Below, piece after piece: positions 24,413 through 31,867 of a stretch of 35,514 nt of DNA (within the stretch, counting starts at the first letter, position 1; every line of letters starts with the position of its first letter). The notes beneath the pieces were generated by a model that was not told the DNA's origin, made no database searches, and saw nothing but the letters and a program-made list of their open reading frames with translations. A program made the translations under genes and the position numbers. Origin of the DNA: a bacterium (GTDB lineage Bacteria; Patescibacteriota; Minisyncoccia; Phycocordibacterales; Phycocordibacteraceae); the NCBI GenBank assembly GCA_900299275.1, contig OMJE01000017.1, positions 1 through 35,514 on the forward strand, read 5' to 3'.

Positions 24413-26793
24413 GCTTCCATGGTTCCCCAATCACGGCCCGTTTTCATCACGGCTTGTATCGGCACGCCGTGGGTCTCATGACTCTCGAGTACTGATTCCA
24501 TCACGCGCTCAATCGCGCGCCCGAGCTCTTCCACTTTTTCGGAACGTATCTCATACACAAGTTCGTCATGCACTTGCAGCAGAAGATGCGCGTCGTCGCG
24601 GACTTTGCGCTCACTCAGCATGTCATCAACCTCAACCATCGCGCGCTTTATGATGTCGGCCTGAGTTCCCTGTATCGGCGCATTGATCGCCATACGCTCT
24701 GCCTGCGCGCGCACATACGGCAATGACGACTTCATTTCCGGGAACTGACGACGGCGACCAAAGAGCGTCTCCGTGTATCCGTGCTTGCGGGCAAAACCCT
24801 TCGTCGTCTCCAAATATTCAGAGAGTGTTTTGAACGTAGAAAAATAATTTTCAAGAAATTCATGCGCTTCGGCGGTGGTGCTCCCGAGCTGTGCGCGCAG
24901 CGCATTCACGCCCATGCCGTAGAGAATGCCGAAGTTAATAACCTTTGCGCGGCGACGCATTTCAGCATCAACGGCCTCGGGCGCGACGCGAAAGACTTGC
25001 GCCGCCACCTCTCGATGTACGTCGCCACCATTTCTAAAGATTTGGCAGAGCTTAGGATCGCCGGACAAAATGGCCGCAAGACGCAGCTCGATCTGCGAAT
25101 AGTCGAGCCCAACGAGTGTGTAGCCGGGCGACGCAACAAACGCATGCCGTATCGCCTGCCCGCGTTCGGAATGCAGCGGAATGTTCTGCAAGTTAGGGTT
25201 CTGGCTCGACATGCGGCCCGTTGTAGTACCCGTCTGCACGAATTCCGCATGCAGTCGCCCCTCCCCATCAAGCATGGGAGGCAGGTTTTCAATATAGGTC
25301 GAAAGCAGTTTTTTTATCTCGCGATACTCGAGTATCTCTGCCACGATTGGATGTTCGTCTTTAATTTTTTCGAGCTCGCTTTCGCGCGTGGAGCGCTGCC
25401 CGCCCGCCGTGCGTTTTTGTTTTTCAGGAATGATTTTCAGCTCATCAAAGAGCACTTCGCCGAGTTGCTTCGGCGAACTCACATTGAACTCGCGTCCCGC
25501 GAGCTCATAGATGCGCTTTTCCGCGCGCGCAAGATCTTTGCGGTAGGCAGTTGCAAGCTTCGTAAGCACCTCGCGGTCTACCAGCACGCCGCGTTCCTCC
25601 ATGGCACGCACCACCGGAATGAGCGGCTTTTCTATGTCCTCGTATACGGTTTTCACTGCACCGAGTGCTTCTAGCTGTTTTTCGAGCTCAGCATATGCTT
25701 TTTCAAATGAGGACTGCTTTGTGAACGCCAGCACGTCATCGAGCGATGGTTTCGTAAGATCTGAAGAAATGAGCCACAGCATCACCGCAGCCTCTTCGAG
25801 TCGATTCGGGTCAACAACTTCTGCTGGCCCCGCTTCGACTTCGCCTTCTGCCATCCCTGCAACACCGGCGTAGCGTGCGAGAACATTTTTTGTTCTATCC
25901 TTGAGCGTACGGAAGCCAAATTCATCGCACATCGCGAGCACGTTCGGGAGCGTCACTTCCTCATACCACTTTTGTTCGGGTAGCGAAAAAGCAATCGGCG
26001 CATCGGTGCGAATCGTTGCGAGAGATTTTGAAAATCGCGCATCTTCTTCGTGATCGCGTAAAAGCTGCAGCGTACGCGCCTTAATTCCTTTTTCAAGAAG
26101 GGGCGCATCGCCTTTCTTTAACGCGGCGTAGATTTTTTCAATACTACCCACCTTGGTGATGAGATCGGTTGCTGTTTTTTCACCAATACCAGGTACGCCT
26201 TTTATGTTGTCTGACGGATCACCACGAAGTCCTTTCCAGTCGATGAGCATCTCGGGCCCAAAACCAAATCGGTCATTGACCGCCTTTTCGTCATACAAAA
26301 TAGTGTCGTTGATTCCCTTTTTCAGCGTGTATACGCGCACGCGTTCATCACTAACGAGCTGGAGTGCATCCATATCGCCCGTCGCAATGATCACGTCTAC
26401 GTTTTTGTGCGCTCCAAGCTCGTGTGCAATCGTGCCAAGCAAATCGTCGGCTTCATATCCCTCGCGCTCGTAGGTGCGAATGCCGAACGCTGCAAATATT
26501 TTTCGCGCCTCTTTGAGCTGTATCACAAGCGCGTCGTCGGTTTTCTGGCGCGTTCCTTTATACTCTTCATACGCTTCGTGACGCAACGTGGGCTTCGGCA
26601 AATCGAAACACGCGGCGATATAGTCGGGCTTTAGTTCTCCAATGATCTTGAGCAGCATTGCCATAAGGCCATAGAGCGCACCTGTCGGCACACCGCTCGG
26701 ACTCGTAAACTCTGGCAGCGCGTGATACGCACGATGGATGATTGCGTGCGTATCAAGGAGCACAATTCGCTCTTTTTCTATCTTTTTAGGCAT
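24409..26793 (-). CDS. polA: DNA polymerase I
   Basis: 5' nuclease (EADD, GDPSDNIKGVPGIGEKTA); polymerase motifs TGRMSS.NPNLQNIP, DYSQIELR, R..AKVINFGILYG, QVHDEL. Confidence 0.97.
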   Translation of the reverse strand: MPKKIEKERIVLLDTHAIIHRAYHALPEFTSPSGVPTGALYGLMAMLLKIIGELKPDYIAACFDLPKPTLRHEAYEEYKGTRQKTDDALVIQLKEARKIFAAFGIRTYEREGYEADDLLGTIAHELGAHKNVDVIIATGDMDALQLVSDERVRVYTLKKGINDTILYDEKAVNDRFGFGPEMLIDWKGLRGDPSDNIKGVPGIGEKTATDLITKVGSIEKIYAALKKGDAPLLEKGIKARTLQLLRDHEEDARFSKSLATIRTDAPIAFSLPEQKWYEEVTLPNVLAMCDEFGFRTLKDRTKNVLARYAGVAGMAEGEVEAGPAEVVDPNRLEEAAVMLWLISSDLTKPSLDDVLAFTKQSSFEKAYAELEKQLEALGAVKTVYEDIEKPLIPVVRAMEERGVLVDREVLTKLATAYRKDLARAEKRIYELAGREFNVSSPKQLGEVLFDELKIIPEKQKRTAGGQRSTRESELEKIKDEHPIVAEILEYREIKKLLSTYIENLPPMLDGEGRLHAEFVQTGTTTGRMSSQNPNLQNIPLHSERGQAIRHAFVASPGYTLVGLDYSQIELRLAAILSGDPKLCQIFRNGGDVHREVAAQVFRVAPEAVDAEMRRRAKVINFGILYGMGVNALRAQLGSTTAEAHEFLENYFSTFKTLSEYLETTKGFARKHGYTETLFGRRRQFPEMKSSLPYVRAQAERMAINAPIQGTQADIIKRAMVEVDDMLSERKVRDDAHLLLQVHDELVYEIRSEKVEELGRAIERVMESVLESHETHGVPIQAVMKTGRDWGTMEA

Positions 26794-27226
26794 AAGAAAT
26801 GGTGCGCCCTCCGTCTGGCAACACACCGATTGTAAGTGCGTGAGTCGCTTTTGGCAGACTATCAGCAACTTTTTCGGGCCACTCAAGAACAATAAGGTTG
26901 CCGGCGTTCTTCATGCTCTCATCAAAGCCGAGCGGGGCGAGCTCCGCACCTTTTTCAAGGCGATAGGCATCAATGTGAATGAGTCGCTTAAAAGCCCCAC
27001 CCTCCGGCAGTGCATAGATCTTTTCAAGCACAAAGGTTGGGCTGGTGATCACATCTGTGACACCAAGCGCGGCGGCGAGCGCCTTGGTAAAGGCCGTCTT
27101 GCCCGCGCCAAGGTCTCCCGAGAGTGTGACGAGAGTGGCGTTCTCCTGGTTCGCCGTAAGCGCACGCGCGAATCGCGCGGCCTCCGCCTCGAATGCATCT
27201 AGGTTTGGGGCCGTAACTTCCGTCAT
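26786..27226 (-). CDS. tsaE: t6A biosynthesis ATPase TsaE
   Basis: GDLGAGKT, TSPTF, HIDAYRL, LEWPE; start could be 27232. Confidence 0.95.
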   Translation of the reverse strand: MTEVTAPNLDAFEAEAARFARALTANQENATLVTLSGDLGAGKTAFTKALAAALGVTDVITSPTFVLEKIYALPEGGAFKRLIHIDAYRLEKGAELAPLGFDESMKNAGNLIVLEWPEKVADSLPKATHALTIGVLPDGGRTISYA

Positions 27227-27250
27227 ACTCATATTGTACCCCTCAATAAG

Positions 27251-27283
27251 AAAAACGCCCGAGTCTTGCGACTCGGGCGTTTT
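27251..27283 (-). terminator. Terminator of ORF 27291-27614
   Basis: aaaacgcccgagtc-ttgc-gactcgggcgtttt. Confidence 0.8.
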
Positions 27284-27290
27284 GCTGTCT

Positions 27291-27614
27291 TCAGTGATGG
27301 CCGTGCCCACGATCGCCACGATCATGATGACCTCCTCCACCAAAGTGGAAGAAGATGCCTCCGCTGCCCGGGTAACTGTAGTCGAGAGGCGGTCCCCACC
27401 AGATCGGGGGAGTCATCGGAAGCGCGGGCATTACGCACACCCACCGCATACCGTCCCACTGCCACTGACCCGGATATTCACATACCGGACCAACCTCCAC
27501 ACCAGGCGGCGGCCCTGGTGGCAGCGGCACCACGTAGCGCGGCTGGGCTTGGGCGACCACACAGCCGGAAACAAGCAGAATTGTGCTGAAAAAGAGCAGT
27601 TTGAGTGCTTTCAT
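27291..27614 (-). CDS. Exported Pro/Trp/Gly/His-rich small protein, possible lipoprotein
   Basis: Signal peptide with LLVSGC; GAGGAGG SD; consensus promoter; own terminator. Confidence 0.8.
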   Translation of the reverse strand: MKALKLLFFSTILLVSGCVVAQAQPRYVVPLPPGPPPGVEVGPVCEYPGQWQWDGMRWVCVMPALPMTPPIWWGPPLDYSYPGSGGIFFHFGGGGHHDRGDRGHGHH

Positions 27615-27634
27615 TGCGTAAACCTCCTCTTCAC

Positions 27635-27663
27635 ATTATATACCCATTTTGCTTGTTTGTCAA
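27635..27663 (-). promoter_or_regulatory. Perfect sigma70 consensus promoter
   Basis: TTGACA-17 nt-TATAAT on the minus strand. Confidence 0.8.
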
Positions 27664-27706
27664 TTACTTCCCCCTCGCACATTTGTGCTCTGGTATGATG
27701 GGACAC

Positions 27707-29377
27707 ATGGATTCACCATTTGATACTCAAAAAGAGGAAGCTCATTTGCAAGAGATTCGTGAGCGCGAAGAAGAGGACGTTGTACAGATCATTTCCCAAA
27801 AATATGGCATGCCCTACGTCGACCTCTCCTTGAAAGATATCGATGCTGACGCTTTGCGCGTCATTCCAGAAGCAATAGCAAAAGAAGCGGAGGCCGGCGC
27901 CTTCGGGCGAACCTCGCACCAGCTTTCTCTTGCTGTACACAACCCAAACAACCCCACTCTTCCAAAGCTGCTTGAGGATTTAAAAAGCCGAGAATTCGTG
28001 GTGAAGCAGTTTATGGTCTCAAAGCGCAGCCTTGATAAAGTTCTTGCGCGCTACGCCGACCTCTCACTGACCGTAGAATCAAAACCTGGCGTGTTCATTG
28101 TTGAGCAAAAAACGATAGAAAAATTAAAAAGCGAGAGCGGGCGCAAGGCACTCGATGCCGAAATGGAGGCCGCCCTTGCCTCGAAAGCCCTTGACCGTGT
28201 CACGTACCTTTTTGAGGTGATTCTTGCCGGCGCCTTTGCACTACGCGCTTCGGACATTCACTTCGAGCCTGAAGAGTCGCAAACGCGCCTACGCCTCCGC
28301 ATCGACGGTCTTCTGACGGACATCCGCTTCTTCGATCCAAAGACCTACCACATGCTTAATTCCCGCATCAAACTTCTGTCGGGTATCAAACTCAATGTCA
28401 CCAACCGCGCTCAAGACGGTCGTTTTAGTATTGTGCGCCCTGACAGCGAGATTGAAATGCGCGTTTCCTTCATTCCCGGCAATTACGGAGAGTCGATCGT
28501 GATGCGTATTCTTGATCCAAAAGCGACGCAGGTCTCGTACAAAGAGCTCGGTATCAACGAGAAACTTTTGAAGCGCCTCGAGACGGAGATCCGCCGCCCT
28601 AACGGCATGCTGCTCACCACTGGACCAACCGGCAGCGGCAAAACGACAACGCTCTACTCGTTTCTTCGCGAGATCCACACGCCGGACATCAAGATCATCA
28701 CGATTGAAGATCCGGTGGAATATCACCTCGAAGGTATCGTGCAAACACAGGTGGAAGGCACGAAATACACCTTCGCCGAAGGCCTGCGCTCGATTGTGCG
28801 CCAAGATCCCGACGTGATCATGGTCGGCGAAATTCGTGATGGCGAGACTGCTGGGATTGCTATTCAAGCATCGCTGACCGGTCACTTTGTGTTCTCAACG
28901 ATTCACACCAACGACGCCGCCGGCACCTTCCCTCGCCTCGCTGACCTTGGTGTTGATCCAAAATCTTTTGGTTCTGCAGTGACGGTGGCTATGGCGCAGC
29001 GACTCGTACGGCGCCTCGAACCCACAACAAAAAAAGAACGTCCGCTCACTGACCAGGAGAAAGCAATGATCGCAAAAGTATTTGAGCCGCTCGCTGACAA
29101 ATCACTTATTCCGAAAAATATGGAGACGGTATGGGAGCCTGCCCCCACAGCCGAGGGCGACACAGGCTACAAAGGCCGCGTTGGTTTGTATGAAGCAATC
29201 TTTATGGACGACGAGCTCGCAGAATTCCTCCGCAACAATCCTCCTTCAAATGAGATAAATAAACTCGCCGCAAAACAGGGCTATCTCACTATGGCACAAG
29301 ACGGCATTGTGAAGGTTCTTGAAGGTCTCACGTCGCTCGAAGAGGTAGCGGCCACCGTTTATCTTCCCCAGATATAA
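27707..29377 (+). CDS. pilB: Type IV pilus/T2SS assembly ATPase (PilB/GspE family)
   Basis: ASDIHFEP, QDGRF, GPTGSGKTTTLY, TIEDPVEY, RQDPDVIMVGEIRD, TGH..FSTIHTNDA. Confidence 0.9.
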   Translation: MDSPFDTQKEEAHLQEIREREEEDVVQIISQKYGMPYVDLSLKDIDADALRVIPEAIAKEAEAGAFGRTSHQLSLAVHNPNNPTLPKLLEDLKSREFVVKQFMVSKRSLDKVLARYADLSLTVESKPGVFIVEQKTIEKLKSESGRKALDAEMEAALASKALDRVTYLFEVILAGAFALRASDIHFEPEESQTRLRLRIDGLLTDIRFFDPKTYHMLNSRIKLLSGIKLNVTNRAQDGRFSIVRPDSEIEMRVSFIPGNYGESIVMRILDPKATQVSYKELGINEKLLKRLETEIRRPNGMLLTTGPTGSGKTTTLYSFLREIHTPDIKIITIEDPVEYHLEGIVQTQVEGTKYTFAEGLRSIVRQDPDVIMVGEIRDGETAGIAIQASLTGHFVFSTIHTNDAAGTFPRLADLGVDPKSFGSAVTVAMAQRLVRRLEPTTKKERPLTDQEKAMIAKVFEPLADKSLIPKNMETVWEPAPTAEGDTGYKGRVGLYEAIFMDDELAEFLRNNPPSNEINKLAAKQGYLTMAQDGIVKVLEGLTSLEEVAATVYLPQI

Positions 29378-29379
29378 AA

Positions 29380-29564
29380 AGGTTCGTAAATGGATCCTGT
29401 ACGTATTCCTCCAGGCAATAACCCACAAATAGCGTGGGGGGAGTGAGACACCTGAGGATGGTCACAGTGTCGCTGCCGAAGCAACGAACCACGACGTCCT
29501 TGGGGAAACCCTCGAAGCCGTCAAGCCTTGCCCAGAGGAATATACACAAGATCAAAAAACCTGT
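29380..29564 (-). ncRNA. 6S RNA-like rod-shaped ncRNA
   Basis: On the minus strand 29528-29553 pairs with 29393-29418 (25/26 including G-U); apical cUUCGg loop; central bubble with a 3' hairpin; TG.TAACAT -10 box upstream. Confidence 0.6.
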
Positions 29565-29593
29565 GATACAATGTTAGCACACGGTAAGTTTTT

Positions 29594-30586
29594 ATGTCAA
29601 CCCCATCACTCAATTCTGGCGCGGTATCACAAGGGTTAGACGCGGCACTGCGCCCCTCTGATTGGGACACCTACGTGGGCCAACGCCAGGTAAAAGCGAA
29701 CGTTCGCATTGCTATTGATGCCGCCATAAAGCGCGGCGGCATGCCGGAACACTTTCTTTTCTATGGTCCGCCAGGCGTCGGCAAGACCACCCTCGCCCAC
29801 TTAGTAGCCACAGCCCTCGGTTCACCACTTAAAACCACCTCTGGTGTAGCTATTGAGCGCGCGGCAGACCTTGCCGCCATTCTGACGAATCTCGAGCCAG
29901 GCACTGTTCTCTTCATTGACGAGATCCATCGCCTTTCCCATAAAATTGAGGAGTTGCTCTACCCCGCTCTCGAGGGCGCACACCTCGACATCGTGCTTGG
30001 CAAAGGACCCTCGGCACGCACCGTTGAGCTCGCACTTCCGCCATTCACACTTGTGGGCGCCACAACGCGCGTGGCAAACATTTCAGGGCCTTTGCGTTCT
30101 CGCTTTGGCGGCGGAGTGTACCAGCTCGATTTTTATACAGATGAGGATCTGCGCGATATCATTGCTCGTTCTGCAGAAATCTTGGGCTTGAGCGCCCCAC
30201 GTGAAGTAGTTGAAAGCATTGCTGCACGCAGCCGTGCGACACCCCGCATCGCAAACGCCCTTTTAAAGCGCGTTCGTGATTATTCCGAGGTGCATGAGCA
30301 GCCACTCTCTGCTTCTCTTTGTGATGAGGCATGCAAAATGTTTGGCATTGATTCGCTGGGCCTTACGAAAGATGATCGCCGCTATCTCGAAACACTCAAG
30401 ACCGGTTTTCATGGTGGCCCCGCTGGTGTCCGCGCCCTTTCCGCTGCACTTCATGAAGATGAAGAGACGCTTGAGGGCGTCTATGAGCCATTTCTTCTCC
30501 GTCTTGGTTTTATCGAACGGTCCTCGCGTGGCCGCATACTCACGAAAGCAGGTCGCGAGTATTTAGAAGGATATTCGGTATACTAA
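29594..30586 (+). CDS. ruvB: Holliday junction helicase RuvB
   Basis: LRP..W..YVGQ, GPPGVGKTTLA, FIDEIHRL, FTLVGATTR, TPRIANALLKRVRD. Confidence 0.97.
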   Translation: MSTPSLNSGAVSQGLDAALRPSDWDTYVGQRQVKANVRIAIDAAIKRGGMPEHFLFYGPPGVGKTTLAHLVATALGSPLKTTSGVAIERAADLAAILTNLEPGTVLFIDEIHRLSHKIEELLYPALEGAHLDIVLGKGPSARTVELALPPFTLVGATTRVANISGPLRSRFGGGVYQLDFYTDEDLRDIIARSAEILGLSAPREVVESIAARSRATPRIANALLKRVRDYSEVHEQPLSASLCDEACKMFGIDSLGLTKDDRRYLETLKTGFHGGPAGVRALSAALHEDEETLEGVYEPFLLRLGFIERSSRGRILTKAGREYLEGYSVY

Positions 30587-30590
30587 ATCT

Positions 30591-31148
30591 ATGGCGGGAC
30601 ACAGCAAGTGGGCACAAATAAAACGACAGAAGGCGGTCACCGATGCAGCTAAGGGCCGTATATTTGCTAAATTCTCTCGCGAGATAACCCTTGAATCGAA
30701 GAAGGCGGCCGGCAACGTGTCCTCCCCCGCCCTCGCAGCGGTTATTGCACGCGCTAAGGCAGCAAACATGCCGAAAGACAACATTGATCGTGCCGTTACT
30801 AAAGGCGTGAGCAAGGACGCCGGAGATGTGGAGCAAGTGGTGTATGAGTTTTACGGCCCGGGCAGTATTGCTATTGTGGTATCGGCGCTCACCGATAGCC
30901 GCAATCGCACAACGCAAGAAATAAAACTTATTTTGACAAAAAACGGCTACGACCTCGGCACACCGGGCAGCGCTTCGTGGGCGTTCACAAAATCTCCGGA
31001 CGGGCGATTCACACCAAACGAACCTCTGATGGATATTGCTGGCGAGGACGAAGAAAAACTTTCGCACATTATGACACTGCTCGACGAACAGGATGACGTG
31101 CAGCTCATTGCAACCAACGCGCGCGGCTATGAGAGTTCTGGGGATTGA
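30591..31148 (+). CDS. yebC: YebC/PmpR family protein (short form)
   Basis: MAGHSKWAQIKRQK, NMPKDNI, YE.YGPG, TDSRNRT. Confidence 0.95.
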   Translation: MAGHSKWAQIKRQKAVTDAAKGRIFAKFSREITLESKKAAGNVSSPALAAVIARAKAANMPKDNIDRAVTKGVSKDAGDVEQVVYEFYGPGSIAIVVSALTDSRNRTTQEIKLILTKNGYDLGTPGSASWAFTKSPDGRFTPNEPLMDIAGEDEEKLSHIMTLLDEQDDVQLIATNARGYESSGD

Positions 31149-31599
31149 TCCTGGCTACGATCGGCTCGGTATTGCGATCATCGAAGGAGATCCGTCCCGC
31201 CCCACCCTCGTCATGAGCACGTGTGTTACCCCTGAAAAAGGCGCGGCGAGTATGCGCCTTGCCGCGGTTTCAAGCGCTATAAGCGAAGCTATAGCAGTAC
31301 ACCACCCCGACGTGCTTGCCCTCGAAACACTTTTCTTCAGCATCAACAAGAAAACAGCGATTGGCGTGGCGGAGGCGCGCGGTGCAATTCTTGCTGCAGC
31401 AGGTCTCGCTTCTATACCGGTTATCGAGTGTCGCCCTCAGGAAGTGAAGCTTGCGGTCACAGGCCATGGTGGCGCCGACAAAAAAGCAATCGCCTTAATG
31501 GTCCCAAAACTTATTTCTCTACCACCCAAAAAACGCCTTGATGACGAACTTGATGCCATTGCGATTGGTATCACGGCCCTCGCAAAAGGTAGATTTTAA
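31129..31599 (+). CDS. ruvC: Holliday junction resolvase RuvC
   Basis: LGIDPG, ALETLFF, VAEARG, VKLAVTGHG.ADK, DDELDAIAI. Confidence 0.96.
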   Translation: MRVLGIDPGYDRLGIAIIEGDPSRPTLVMSTCVTPEKGAASMRLAAVSSAISEAIAVHHPDVLALETLFFSINKKTAIGVAEARGAILAAAGLASIPVIECRPQEVKLAVTGHGGADKKAIALMVPKLISLPPKKRLDDELDAIAIGITALAKGRF

Positions 31600-31705
31600 G
31601 CTGTTATTTTGACGTAATCCACACAACTCTCCAGAAGCCCTTGCAAGAATATTTATATTCGATTAAATATACCCGTCGTGCCTTACTAACCGTAATTTTT
31701 TCACT

Positions 31706-31831
31706 ATGGACGAAGATTTTGACAAGAACCCAATGGATGACGAAGAAGAAACAGACGATGCAGCGATGGATGATGATACTGAAGAGGAGGAAGACGATTT
31801 TTCTGACGACAACGACGACGATACGATGTAA
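31706..31831 (+). CDS. Hyperacidic microprotein, 41 aa
   Basis: MDEDFDKNPMDDEEETDDAAMDDDTEEEEDDFSDDNDDDTM; strong GAN codon periodicity. Confidence 0.65.
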   Translation: MDEDFDKNPMDDEEETDDAAMDDDTEEEEDDFSDDNDDDTM

Positions 31832-31867
31832 CGGTAAAAAATAAGGGTCCATGGTAGCATACGCACC

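Noticed and set aside
29390-29640. Short ORF extendable by a frameshift at the G6 run near 29436
   Set aside because: The long stem with strand-specific G-U pairing explains the region better as an ncRNA.
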